64,000 bases of DNA, taken from positions 33,783 to 97,782 of the forward strand of contig CAZHVV010000003.1 in the NCBI GenBank assembly GCA_964536265.1, written 5' to 3'. Under the pieces are notes generated by a model. The model made no database searches. It worked only from the letters and a program-made list of their open reading frames with translations, and was not told where the DNA came from. The position numbers and the translations under genes were made by a program. How positions within the stretch are numbered: the first letter of the stretch is position 1; each line of letters begins with the position of its first letter. Positions 1 to 9,615 of this stretch are shown here, piece after piece. The DNA is from an uncultured Candidatus Saccharibacteria bacterium (GTDB lineage Bacteria; Patescibacteriota; Saccharimonadia; Saccharimonadales; Saccharimonadaceae).

Positions 1-483
1 GCCTATAACGGTAAACTTCGGCAAGTCAAGCCGCACACTACGGGCTGCTGGCCCTTTACCGATGACGATATCAAGCTTAAAGTCTTCCATTGCGCTATAG
101 AGCACCTCTTCAACAGTTCTGCTAAGACGATGGATTTCATCAATAAACAAGATATCTCCATCACTCAAATTCGTCAGAATGCTTGCCAAATCTCCAGCTC
201 GCTCAATTGCAGGTCCAGCCGTAACCCGAAGACTAACCCCCATCTCGTTGGCTATGACCGTTGCCATTGTGGTCTTGCCAAGTCCCGGTGGACCGTAGAG
301 CAGCACGTGATCGATTGGTTCACCACGCTTTTTCGCTGCGTCGATACTGAGCTGAAGATTTTTCTTGAGTCGCTCCTGCCCAACATATTCCGAAAAACTT
401 TGTGGCCGTAAGCTCAGCTCAATAATCTGCTCATCGTCGTCAACATCATGAGCACTTGTATCAACAATTCGTTCAATAGCCAT
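1..483 (-). CDS. ruvB: Holliday junction branch-migration ATPase RuvB, N-terminal ~160 aa; the 3' end runs off the left edge
   Basis: Absent from the ORF track because there is no stop in the window. Reverse translation from ATG (complement of 481-483) reads [82 protein letters not shown]...[13 protein letters not shown]. Walker A (GPPGLGKT) and Walker B (FIDEIH) are present. Confidence 0.9.
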   Translation of the reverse strand, partial: MAIERIVDTSAHDVDDDEQIIELSLRPQSFSEYVGQERLKKNLQLSIDAAKKRGEPIDHVLLYGPPGLGKTTMATVIANEMGVSLRVTAGPAIERAGDLASILTNLSDGDILFIDEIHRLSRTVEEVLYSAMEDFKLDIVIGKGPAARSVRLDLPKFTVIG

Positions 484-589
484 ATACTACCTTTAATTTA
501 GTAATGCACAGTAAATAAGTATGTGAAATCACAAACCCATTATCGCATAGTTTATGAACAACACGCACTCGATGCAATATCCCATGGTA

Positions 590-1276
590 TTACAGTTTGT
601 CGACACGGAGTTCAGGCTGGAACATGTGAGGTGGTGATGTAATAGCACGAACAATCACATCGGCAAGATCAGATGGTTCAATAAAACCATCAGTTGAAAA
701 TTCTTCACCTGTCTTTTCGAACAAGTGCGTCTTTGTCCCGCCTTGATATACCGCTATAACATGTACGTTGCTTTCGGCGAGATCCTGTCTCAATACGTCG
801 CTAAATCCCCGAAGCCCCCATTTACTTGCCGAGTAAACACTTTGACCAGGCTGCGCAGTGATACCTGACCTTGAGGCAACATTTACAATCAATGCTTCGC
901 TCGCCTGTCTAAGTAGCGGAAGACCGTATTTCGTCATAGATATCGGCCCCAACAGATTCGTCCTCACAACACTATCAATAACCGTATCGTCAATATCTTC
1001 GAGTTGCGCAGTTTTTTGCCAAATACCCGCATTATTAACGAGTATATCGAGTCTACCAAACGTGCTGCGAATCCAGTCGAATAACCCCCGCACATTGTCT
1101 AGGTTCGTAACATCACCGTCATATTCATGAACGAGTTCATTGTGAAATGGCTTTGTGCTTGCATCGCGACTAAACGCAATGCAATGAACACCTCGTTCAA
1201 CTAGTTGTAACACGATTTCGCGGCCAATGCCTTCACTTGCGCCAGTTACGAGCGCTACTGTGTCTTGTACGTTCAC
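590..1276 (-). CDS. SDR-family short-chain dehydrogenase/reductase
   Basis: 228 aa with TGASEGIGREI (TGxxxGIG), NNAG and YSASK catalytic motifs. GTG start is preceded by AGAGGGGGG. It overlaps the ruvA stop by 1 nt. Confidence 0.8.
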   Translation of the reverse strand: MNVQDTVALVTGASEGIGREIVLQLVERGVHCIAFSRDASTKPFHNELVHEYDGDVTNLDNVRGLFDWIRSTFGRLDILVNNAGIWQKTAQLEDIDDTVIDSVVRTNLLGPISMTKYGLPLLRQASEALIVNVASRSGITAQPGQSVYSASKWGLRGFSDVLRQDLAESNVHVIAVYQGGTKTHLFEKTGEEFSTDGFIEPSDLADVIVRAITSPPHMFQPELRVDKL

Positions 1277-1854
1277 TATTTCCCCCCTCTTAATGCCTGT
1301 GTTACTCGCTGTGCCGTCGGCAAATCACGCGGCACATCTTTTAGGGCTTCATTTGCATCACCGAGCGTATAGCCCAGTGCAATTAATGCTTCGAGTGCTT
1401 CATCTGATGTATCTAGCTCAGTTTGCACCAGACCACCTGACTGATAGGCAGTTGGTAGACCAACTTTATCGTGAAGGTCGACAACAACTCGTTCAGCAGT
1501 TTTTTTACCTACTCCGCTCGCCCCTGTGATATAGGCTGAATCCGAATTCGCTACTGCGTTACGCACTTGTTCGCTTGTGCCCAGACTCAGAATTGCTAGC
1601 GCGGCTTTTGGCCCAACGCCCTGCACAGTGATAAGCATTTCAAACAGTTTCTTAGCAGCTAGTGTCGAAAAGCCATAGAGCTCTTCGGCTTGCTCACGAA
1701 CATGGTGGTGTGTGTAGAATTTTACATCTTCACCAAGTCGTGCCGCTTCATAATCACCAACTGCAGCCTGCACTTCATACCCAACACCAGCAACATCGAT
1801 AATCACTGCGCCGTTAAACTTCTCGGCTACTTTTCCAAAAACGTGTGCAATCAT
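1276..1854 (-). CDS. ruvA: Holliday junction DNA-binding protein RuvA
   Basis: MIAHVFGKVAEKF...VIIDVAGVGYEV plus HhH motifs (GVGPKAALAIL, GVGKKTAERVV). The track ORF begins at TTG 1863; the ATG at 1854 is preferred. Confidence 0.9.
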   Translation of the reverse strand: MIAHVFGKVAEKFNGAVIIDVAGVGYEVQAAVGDYEAARLGEDVKFYTHHHVREQAEELYGFSTLAAKKLFEMLITVQGVGPKAALAILSLGTSEQVRNAVANSDSAYITGASGVGKKTAERVVVDLHDKVGLPTAYQSGGLVQTELDTSDEALEALIALGYTLGDANEALKDVPRDLPTAQRVTQALRGGK

Positions 1855-1899
1855 ATATCTCAATTATCTCACAGTCGTCATGCAATACCACCCGTAAAT

Positions 1900-4098
1900 C
1901 TATGGATTCGCAGGGACAGTGGGTGTAACGGGTGTCACTGGGGTTAATGGATCAACTGGTGTCGTCGTATCGGTTTCATCTGTCGTGTCGCCATCACCTG
2001 GGCCCGACGAGGCATCTGGTGTATTTGTTTGCTCCGTAGTGTCGATATTTTCCACTGGTATTGTCTCTTGAGTCGTCGTCTCAACCGGACAAGCAGTTGC
2101 AAGTTTTGAGCCAACGAGGAAATAATCATTCACTCTTACGTTGTTCATACAGGCATCCTTTTTCGCAACTCCAGTGGGTTCTATGAATGCCGGTACACTT
2201 GAACCTATCGACGCCTTCATAGCTGCTTTCCATATTGGCCCTGCTGTATCGGCGCCGCCACTTCTCATTGCCGTGTTATCGTTGTTGCCAACCCATACCC
2301 CAACAGTTATCGACGGCGTGTAACCAATTGTCCAGCCATCGCGCGAATCATCCGTTGTCCCAGTCTTAACCGCAACCTGCTTTACCTTGTTATCTGTACC
2401 GTTCACTGTCAAGAGATTCCCGAATATCCCAGCGCGTGCAGCATTGTCCGATAACACGTCTGAGATTAAATACGCACCCTGTCGGGAAATGGCTCGTGTG
2501 CCTGTCGCTGCTTTTGAGGTAAAAATCTTGCTATTGTATTTATCTTGAATCGACGTAATCATTGTCATGTCGTTGTAGACGCCATTATTTGCAAATGTCG
2601 CATACGCGTTTGTCATCTCCGTCAGTGGCACTTCTCCAGCACCGAGTGCAAGTGAAAGTCCGTACTCACTTGCGTCACTCAGCGTGCTCACACCCATCGC
2701 CTTTGCTTGCTCGACTGCTGTCTCGACACCAACTTTCTGCATAACTTTCACAGCTGGAATATTGAGCGACCATGCCAATGCTTTTCTGACTGATACATCG
2801 CCATAAAAACGTCCTGAGGCATTTTTCGGCTTATAGCCATTGAAGTCTGTTGATTCGTCGCGGATGACAGTTGCTGGTGCGATAGTGTCGTCGGCCATTG
2901 CTCGAGCATAATATATCGGTTTAAAACTTGAGCCCGGCTGACGCTTTGTCGTCGTCATATTAACTTTACCGAAACTCTCATTGTTATAATCAATACTCCC
3001 GACCAAAGCGCGAATCTGCGCAGTTGTCGGGTCAATTGCAACGAGGCTGGCGTTCGAGCCGCCTTTTGCTTGTATGCGTGAGACGTTATCCGTAATCGCT
3101 TTATTTGCCGCCTGTTGTAAACCTGAATCAAGCGACGTCGTCACCTGATACCCTGAACGCTTCACTTTCTCTTCACCGTACTTCTCATACAACTCTTCCA
3201 GCACCATTTCTGTAAAATGTGGCGCTGTATTGTCAATTATTTTTGCAGGCAAATACGTCAACTCTTCGGCATATGCGGCTGTCTTTTCTGCTTCAGTAAT
3301 CACTTTGCCTTTTACCATTCTGCTGAGCACGGTGAGCTGTCGTTCTTTGGCATATTCCATATTGCCACCTACTGGCGAATAGGCGCTCGGCGCAGGTAGA
3401 ACTCCTATAAGCATTGCTGACTCCGCAAGAGTCAAATCATTCGGTTTTTTACCGAAGTAATTCTCAGCCGCTTCAGAAATACCAAATGAGTTGTTACCAA
3501 AATATACCGAGTCAAGATACATGCTTAGAATCTCATCCTTGCTGTAGCGCTGTTCAATTGCCATCGCTACTGTCAACTCCTGATATTTGCGCAAGTAGGT
3601 TTGATTGTTGCTAAGTAGTGTATTCTTTGCAAGCTGCTGCGTCAGGGTCGAACCACCATAGGCAGTTGCGTCACCGGCAACAACATTTGCATAGAGTGCA
3701 CCGACAATACTGATGAGTGAGAACCCTGAATGATTATAAAAATCTTTATCCTCGGACGCGAGCACTGCCTTTTCGGTGATATCAGCAATACTATCAAGGC
3801 CTGTGAATTCCCGGTGTTTCGCAGTGCCAAGACTATAAAATTCCTGACCGTCCTTATCCAGTAGTACGATACCAGTGTTGTTGCGGTTCATTAACCTGTC
3901 CTGATCGGCGATATCATTGTAGTAATACGCGTAAGTAAGGATTGGGGTAATAATCAAGAAAGCAGCAATCGGTACACTAACAAGCAACGTTTTCTTCCAC
4001 CACGGAAGATCACGAAACCAACGCCAACGACGACTCGCGGCAGAGCGTGCCTGATAAAATGGGGTACGCTTTTTTGTATATCGTCCCTGTCGAACCAT
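1900..4098 (-). CDS. Class A penicillin-binding protein (transglycosylase + transpeptidase)
   Basis: 732 aa with an N-terminal TM segment. GT51 motifs EDKDFYNHSGF and GGSTLTQQLAKN are present, as are transpeptidase motifs SSFKP (SxxK), SLN and KTGTT. The C-terminal tail is rich in T, P and D. Confidence 0.85.
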   Translation of the reverse strand: MVRQGRYTKKRTPFYQARSAASRRWRWFRDLPWWKKTLLVSVPIAAFLIITPILTYAYYYNDIADQDRLMNRNNTGIVLLDKDGQEFYSLGTAKHREFTGLDSIADITEKAVLASEDKDFYNHSGFSLISIVGALYANVVAGDATAYGGSTLTQQLAKNTLLSNNQTYLRKYQELTVAMAIEQRYSKDEILSMYLDSVYFGNNSFGISEAAENYFGKKPNDLTLAESAMLIGVLPAPSAYSPVGGNMEYAKERQLTVLSRMVKGKVITEAEKTAAYAEELTYLPAKIIDNTAPHFTEMVLEELYEKYGEEKVKRSGYQVTTSLDSGLQQAANKAITDNVSRIQAKGGSNASLVAIDPTTAQIRALVGSIDYNNESFGKVNMTTTKRQPGSSFKPIYYARAMADDTIAPATVIRDESTDFNGYKPKNASGRFYGDVSVRKALAWSLNIPAVKVMQKVGVETAVEQAKAMGVSTLSDASEYGLSLALGAGEVPLTEMTNAYATFANNGVYNDMTMITSIQDKYNSKIFTSKAATGTRAISRQGAYLISDVLSDNAARAGIFGNLLTVNGTDNKVKQVAVKTGTTDDSRDGWTIGYTPSITVGVWVGNNDNTAMRSGGADTAGPIWKAAMKASIGSSVPAFIEPTGVAKKDACMNNVRVNDYFLVGSKLATACPVETTTQETIPVENIDTTEQTNTPDASSGPGDGDTTDETDTTTPVDPLTPVTPVTPTVPANP

Positions 4099-4128
4099 AG
4101 TAGCTATTATACAATGATTTCTGTTAGA

Positions 4129-4614
4129 TTACTGAGAATGCTCACCGCGACTCATTAATGCGTACGTCATGGCTGCCGCGAGTGCGTCAGCACAATCATC
4201 GGGTTTTGGAACCTCGCTAAGCCCAAGTTGCACACGAACCATTTCTTGTACCTGTTTTTTGTCGGCCTTTCCATACCCGGTCAACGTCTGTTTTATCTGC
4301 AAAGGAGTATACTCGGCAATTGGTAATTGTGCTTTTCTACCAGTTAACATCGCTACTCCGCGCGCATGTGATACGCTCATTGCCGTCGTGACGTTTTGTG
4401 CAAAGAAAAGCTTCTCTATTGACATCACTTGTGGCTTTGTTTCGGCAATAATTTCGGTCAAACCATCATAGATTTCCTCGAGCCGTACGTCGAGTGGCGT
4501 ATGCGCCGGTGTTCGAATAACACCAGCCGTCACGAGCACCATCTTTGCCCCATGAACGTCTATCACACCAAAGCCCAGGATGCCCGTGCCAGGATCTATG
4601 CCAATAATTCTCAT
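4129..4614 (-). CDS. ruvC: Crossover junction endodeoxyribonuclease RuvC
   Basis: 161 aa: MRIIGIDPGT..., SIEKLFF, DDCADALAAA. Confidence 0.9.
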   Translation of the reverse strand: MRIIGIDPGTGILGFGVIDVHGAKMVLVTAGVIRTPAHTPLDVRLEEIYDGLTEIIAETKPQVMSIEKLFFAQNVTTAMSVSHARGVAMLTGRKAQLPIAEYTPLQIKQTLTGYGKADKKQVQEMVRVQLGLSEVPKPDDCADALAAAMTYALMSRGEHSQ

Positions 4615-4665
4615 ATGACTACTATAACACCCAGCTACAACGCAAATAGTTCCAGAACATAGTAC

Positions 4666-6243
4666 TTAACGACCGACCTTTGTGACAATCCAGCGCCAAC
4701 CCTTGATGAGTTCCGTTCGCCATTCGTATATACCATAACCAATCGCTCCCGTTGCGGCAACCGCTACTAAGACCCAACCCCATTGTTGCATCGCTGCGGG
4801 TTCTGTTGTTGTTGTATCTGGTAAATTTGTCGTTGCGGCTGTCGTGGTTATACCTGCAATTTTCCTGCAACGATTCGTCGCGGGATTGCGATCATACCCC
4901 TCATCACACGGAATAAGTTCCGCAACGGCGAGTGCTATACTACGACAACGGTTTGTAGCCGGGTTGCGTTCTTGACCTTCGCCACATGGCACAAGCGAAG
5001 AAGCTGTCGTAACAACTTGTCGACAGCGGTTGGTCGCAGGATTTCGAACCTGTCCCTCGGGGCACGAAGCCAGCGCATTGACTGCCTCCTCGATTGTCCG
5101 GCATCTTCCTGTATCTGGGTTCAGATATTTGCCAGCAGGACATACTGTCGTTTCCTCTGGCGGCACTGTGATGAGATTATGGGTATCAGGCTGTGGAGTT
5201 GACGTCCATTGCCATATGCCATTTTCTAACGCCCATGCCCACCCTTGATGCTCAGATGCCGCCGAAACATACCCTGTCATCGTAGTTGTATATAACGATA
5301 TTCCGTAGACGTCTTCTAACCATATATACCCGCCGGAATTTGTTAAGCTTACACGCGCATTATCATCGGTTAAGTGAACCGTGATATACCCATCACTATT
5401 TGGAGCATACGCACCTAGCCACATTGTGTTAGAAGTTGTCCGAGAAGATGAGTTACTGTCAGTTCTCAGCATATAGTTACTCAAATTCGTCGCCCCTTCA
5501 ACGCGCAACTTTACATAATCACCACACAGAATTGACGTATCGTCCGGAGCACAGTCACTACCATATGGATATATCTCGACGATTCGCAGTAAGGGTGCGC
5601 CTGGAGTAGTGTACAAACCATCGTCAAATAGTTGCGTTGGTGCTGCCGTGAGCGCTGAGAATGTAGTAGTATACCCCTCGCCCGTAGAACTAAAACTTCG
5701 CTGCCAATACGATGCTGTTGCGCTTATACTGTCAAGCTTCAGCCAGTAGTCTGCATCGCGGTATAATGACTCGGTAGTTGAGCGGACGGTGAGCTTCACT
5801 TTCGACGACGAACTCGTTGCGAGATTCGTTAGAATAACTTCGTTATCAATCGAAAAAGTTGCTGCTTGAACTGCAGCACCGTAGCTCATTGCAACATGTT
5901 CTGCAGGCGCAAGCCAGCCATTCGCTTCAGAATGCATCTCAATCGGTAGTTCAACAGGCGTACCTGATGATATATCAGAAAACACTATGCGCCAATCGCG
6001 TATATCAATCAGCTTGTCACTATCGTTATATAGCTGAACATACTCTAAAATACGTGGGTTATTGACTGCATCATATGCTGATGTAGTGTCATTCAGACGC
6101 CAACCATATGCAGATATCTGCAGAGGTATTTCCTGTAAAAAATCGGTTGGAATTGTAGAAACAGCTCCAGCAGACGTCCCGAACATTCCTGAACCCATCA
6201 GGCATAAAAACAATACAATGCGCGCCACTGCTGCTCGCTTCAT
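4666..6243 (-). CDS. Secreted, C-terminally anchored protein with two lamin-tail-domain-like regions and 4 tandem Cys repeats
   Basis: 525 aa with an N-terminal signal-like segment. LTD-like stretches are LEYVQLYNDSDKLIDIRDWRI and LLRIVEIYPYG...YVKLRVEGATNLSNYML. There are four copies of C-x-x-G-x-x-x-N-P-x-T-x-R-C-R. The C-terminus has a TM segment (WGWVLVAVAATGAIGYGIY). Confidence 0.55.
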   Translation of the reverse strand: MKRAAVARIVLFLCLMGSGMFGTSAGAVSTIPTDFLQEIPLQISAYGWRLNDTTSAYDAVNNPRILEYVQLYNDSDKLIDIRDWRIVFSDISSGTPVELPIEMHSEANGWLAPAEHVAMSYGAAVQAATFSIDNEVILTNLATSSSSKVKLTVRSTTESLYRDADYWLKLDSISATASYWQRSFSSTGEGYTTTFSALTAAPTQLFDDGLYTTPGAPLLRIVEIYPYGSDCAPDDTSILCGDYVKLRVEGATNLSNYMLRTDSNSSSRTTSNTMWLGAYAPNSDGYITVHLTDDNARVSLTNSGGYIWLEDVYGISLYTTTMTGYVSAASEHQGWAWALENGIWQWTSTPQPDTHNLITVPPEETTVCPAGKYLNPDTGRCRTIEEAVNALASCPEGQVRNPATNRCRQVVTTASSLVPCGEGQERNPATNRCRSIALAVAELIPCDEGYDRNPATNRCRKIAGITTTAATTNLPDTTTTEPAAMQQWGWVLVAVAATGAIGYGIYEWRTELIKGWRWIVTKVGR

Positions 6244-6282
6244 TGTTTTGATAATACTGAAAATAACCTGAAATGTAAACGC

Positions 6283-7011
6283 TTATTCTTCAGAGAATTC
6301 GACTTGAACATCGGCGTTCGAATGAACATTCGAAACATCATCAAGATCATCAAGCGCATCAAACAACCGCATTAACTTATTTGCAGTTTCGGTATCAGTT
6401 ATAGGCACTTCCGCATTTGGTACATAACTTAGACCAGCATCAATCACTGTCAGGCCTGCTACTTTTAGATTCTCACGAACCGCATGCAGCTCTTTTGATT
6501 CTGTGAAAACGACTAGCTCACCGTCTTCCTCACGCGCGTCTTCCGCTCCAGCATCAAGTGCTGCCAGCAGCGCATCATCGCCCAATTCTTTGACCGTAAT
6601 CACGCCTTTGCGAGCAAATTGGAAAATCACGCTACCAGCATCGGCAATTGTTCCGCCATGTTTCGTGACTGCTATCCGAACGTCCGGCAATGTCCGATTT
6701 TTATTGTCCGTCGCTGTCTCAATGACAATCGCTACACCACCTGGACCATATGCCTCGTATGTAATCTCTTCCAATGCCGCTTGTGACTTGTCGCTGACAC
6801 GGTCAATCGCGCGCTGAATATTGTTCAGCGGCATATTAGCACCCTTTGCTTTTTCAATCGCGAGAGCGAGCGTCGGGTTCATATCTGGGTCGGCACCACC
6901 GCGTGCCGCGATTGCAATTTGATTTCCAAGTTTCGTAAATACTGCGCCTCGCTTGGCGTCTTTGGCACCCTTCTCACGTTTGATGGTTGACCATTTGCTA
7001 TGACCGGACAT
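6283..7011 (-). CDS. YebC/PmpR-family transcriptional regulator / translation factor
   Basis: 242 aa starting MSGHSKWSTIKREKGAKDAKRG, which is typical of the YebC/TACO1 family. Confidence 0.9.
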   Translation of the reverse strand: MSGHSKWSTIKREKGAKDAKRGAVFTKLGNQIAIAARGGADPDMNPTLALAIEKAKGANMPLNNIQRAIDRVSDKSQAALEEITYEAYGPGGVAIVIETATDNKNRTLPDVRIAVTKHGGTIADAGSVIFQFARKGVITVKELGDDALLAALDAGAEDAREEDGELVVFTESKELHAVRENLKVAGLTVIDAGLSYVPNAEVPITDTETANKLMRLFDALDDLDDVSNVHSNADVQVEFSEE

Positions 7012-7054
7012 ATAGAAAAACCTCTCATTTTTTATCTGTTACTAGTATATCATT

Positions 7055-8518
7055 TTACTCAATAATGCTGCTAGCATGGAGATGTATCCGCTTCTTACGC
7101 CAGATGAATGTCAGCAGTATCGCGATAATACCATACCAAACTACTGCCCACCACACAGGCAATATAACGTCGATTTGCGCCCAAGATATATTTGCTAACC
7201 AATTCACGACCGAAACAATATAGCCGATGATAATACTAGCTGGCAGGGCAAGTATCCATAAATATGGTGTGACAATTCCAACGATTCCCGCAATAAATGT
7301 ACATAGCATCGCAAATGGGATTACGGGTGCAACCAACACATTTGCCAGCAGGGCAAACGTCGGCACGTAGCCAAATGCGACAATAAGTATTGGCAACGTC
7401 ATCATCTCCGCTGCCAATGTTTCAATCACAAGTTGCGAGGCGGCACCAGGTTCTTTCGTAACACCAAGTAGCCAGCGGGTAATAATCGGTGCGACGACAA
7501 GTACACCAGTAAAGGCACTAAAAGAGAGTAGCCAGCCCAGGTCACCCCACACATAAACAGGGTAAAGAAATGCGCTCAAACATGCCACATAGAGTATTAG
7601 CTGGACTGGATGAAATTTACGGCCATAGTACCATGCCAGCAAACTTAAGCCTGTCACCACGGCTGCTCGATTCATACTTGGGCTAAGACCAGAAACCGCC
7701 ACGAAGCCGGCCACAAGTGCCGATGAACCCATGAATGCCAAATATCTCGACCGCCGTGCCAATACCCGCCGAGCAAAACGCACAAGAATCGTAAGATTAT
7801 AGCCACTCGCAACCACGATATGTGTCAGACCAACAACTTTTAGTTGATCTTGTAGGTCAGTTGGAAGGGCGGACTTCTGACCCACTACAAACCCAAGCCC
7901 CAGGCTTGCTTCGGGCTCAGGCATGACGCGTCGAGTCCCTTCTGCAAATATATCTCTTGATGTAATAAATACATCTTTATTGCGTACATGGTCCAGTAAC
8001 TCTGCACGGTACATCGCCAGTTGAAAACTACCGAACCCTTCAGTCGCTTTACTTTGTATAGTCACTATATCGCCTCGCTGTAGTTTTTCGTCACTGACAA
8101 TCGTCGCATACACCTCACCCGAATACATCTTGTCCAAAATCTGAATATGATTGAGTTGCGTTTGCCACTGCGTAGTTCCCTCTTTCTGTAACGGATCCTG
8201 CGAAATACGTGCGACTAGAACTACATTACTGCCGACGTGATGTGAAAGTTGACTGAGAGACACTGCATAGCCCGTACCACGCGCCAACCCTATAACAATT
8301 CCAACAATCGCTATTAATACACACGCGTACCAACGACGTGAACGAATCGCTGAGACAGCGGTAAGTATAGCTGCCACAAGAAATATCCAGTGTATTGGAA
8401 ACGTGACGACTTTTGCTAGTACAAGTCCTAGTAACACCCCAACGCACCACCACGTAATAAGATACGAGATATGAAATTGTTTATAACGTAACGTTGATGG
8501 CAGTATTGCTGCGGTCAA
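7055..8518 (-). CDS. comEC: ComEC/Rec2-family DNA uptake channel, short form without a C-terminal MBL domain
   Basis: 487 aa polytopic membrane protein. It has an OB-like N-terminal part and the competence-domain motif GLTHIVVASGYNLTILV. The track ORF has a TTG start. Confidence 0.7.
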   Translation of the reverse strand: MTAAILPSTLRYKQFHISYLITWWCVGVLLGLVLAKVVTFPIHWIFLVAAILTAVSAIRSRRWYACVLIAIVGIVIGLARGTGYAVSLSQLSHHVGSNVVLVARISQDPLQKEGTTQWQTQLNHIQILDKMYSGEVYATIVSDEKLQRGDIVTIQSKATEGFGSFQLAMYRAELLDHVRNKDVFITSRDIFAEGTRRVMPEPEASLGLGFVVGQKSALPTDLQDQLKVVGLTHIVVASGYNLTILVRFARRVLARRSRYLAFMGSSALVAGFVAVSGLSPSMNRAAVVTGLSLLAWYYGRKFHPVQLILYVACLSAFLYPVYVWGDLGWLLSFSAFTGVLVVAPIITRWLLGVTKEPGAASQLVIETLAAEMMTLPILIVAFGYVPTFALLANVLVAPVIPFAMLCTFIAGIVGIVTPYLWILALPASIIIGYIVSVVNWLANISWAQIDVILPVWWAVVWYGIIAILLTFIWRKKRIHLHASSIIE

Positions 8519-8530
8519 TATATACGCTCC

Positions 8531-9364
8531 CTAAGCTAGCACGCGCAAGTTTTTATAGAGCCATGAATATCCGATAATTGCGAGTAGACAGCAGGCAGTG
8601 ACAAGTGTTGCTATAACCCATTGGTTAGCTTGAGAAGATGTAAACAGTCCCGCTGCATAGCTCACGCTGTACAATGCAAGCATTCCCATGGTTGTCACAT
8701 TCGCAGCAACCAGAAGGCTATGTTTCGAACCACGTTTCTTCTCAAGTATCCAGGTAAGTGCAAACAGTATCGCCACGACGCCATAACCAACAAAGGACGA
8801 GACGTACGCGCTGAGGTTTTGATTATCAGGGTATTGAGATATAGCAAAATATACGGTCTGCACGACATTTGTCACAAAGAAGACACACAACGCGACCATT
8901 AGCACGACAGCTACATAGCGTAGGGCTCGCTTCACATCAACATGACGCTTCAATAAAGCTGCTAGTACTACCACCGTAAGCATATAGAGTATGAAGGGCG
9001 TTCCATTTAGCACTATCATCGATGAAGCCTCGTTAACAAGAGTGAACACGAACGGCCACACCAACATCATAACAATTGTCATTAGTGTACTTGCAAGCAG
9101 TGTTGTAGCTATTGTTAGCATTGCGGCTTGGTACAGCCGTTCCCAACGTGAGCCACGAGATACATACCATATAATCGCAAATACAACACCCGGTAGCAAT
9201 TGACTAACCATATACCACACTGACCACGAATGTACATTACCCCCTGAAGCACGTATCGACAACGTAAACATAATCGCCTCGATACACGAGATAATAAAAA
9301 CAACTGCAGCGATACCTGTTACGATTTGATATGCTCTGTTTAGTGTTGGTTCTTTTTTCTTCAT
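8531..9364 (-). CDS. Hypothetical polytopic membrane protein
   Basis: 277 aa with about 8 hydrophobic segments and an ATG start. No recognisable family. Confidence 0.5.
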   Translation of the reverse strand: MKKKEPTLNRAYQIVTGIAAVVFIISCIEAIMFTLSIRASGGNVHSWSVWYMVSQLLPGVVFAIIWYVSRGSRWERLYQAAMLTIATTLLASTLMTIVMMLVWPFVFTLVNEASSMIVLNGTPFILYMLTVVVLAALLKRHVDVKRALRYVAVVLMVALCVFFVTNVVQTVYFAISQYPDNQNLSAYVSSFVGYGVVAILFALTWILEKKRGSKHSLLVAANVTTMGMLALYSVSYAAGLFTSSQANQWVIATLVTACCLLAIIGYSWLYKNLRVLA

Positions 9365-9437
9365 GATGTTTTAAGCATACGCGTTTTGGGATGTGTGTCA
9401 ACGTTGTCATGGGTTCAAAATCTCCGTAGGAGATTAT

Positions 9438-9480
9438 CCATAGAAAATACCCCTCCTAAAAGGAAGGGTATTTTCTATGG
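9438..9480 (-). terminator. Perfect 15-bp-stem hairpin that starts at the CCA end of tRNA-Lys
   Basis: ccatagaaaataccc / gggtattttctatgg flank a 13-nt loop. A second small hairpin (aatctcc-gta-ggagatt) followed by TTTT on the minus strand lies just downstream, near 9419-9435. Confidence 0.45.
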
Positions 9481-9554
9481 AGGGTCCGATGGGGCTTGAA
9501 CCCATGACACCCTGCTTAAAAGGCAGGTGCTCTAACCAGCTGAGCTACGGACCC
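9478..9554 (-). tRNA. tRNA-Lys (anticodon UUU), CCA encoded
   Basis: Reverse complement folds as a cloverleaf: GGGTCCG TA GCTC AGCTGGTTA GAGC A CCTGC CTTTTAA GCAGG GTGTC ATGGG TTCAAGC CCCAT CGGACCC T CCA. Confidence 0.9.
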
Positions 9555-9576
9555 ATGTCGCATGTGAACGTCAACA

Positions 9577-9605
9577 AATATATCAAAATACCCCTGTTTT
9601 GGCAA
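9577..9605 (-). promoter_or_regulatory. Candidate sigma70-type promoter for tRNA-Lys
   Basis: On the minus strand: TTGCCA, 17 nt, TATATT, about 22 nt upstream of the tRNA 5' end. Confidence 0.45.
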
Positions 9606-9615
9606 GTTTGAGAGC

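Noticed and set aside
130-411. 93-aa plus-strand ORF
   Set aside because: It lies antisense within the clearly recognisable ruvB coding sequence.
7055-8518. ComEC truncation as a pseudogene
   Set aside because: The ORF is uninterrupted and has a complete competence domain. Forms lacking the C-terminal MBL domain are plausible natural variants, so there is no evidence of decay.
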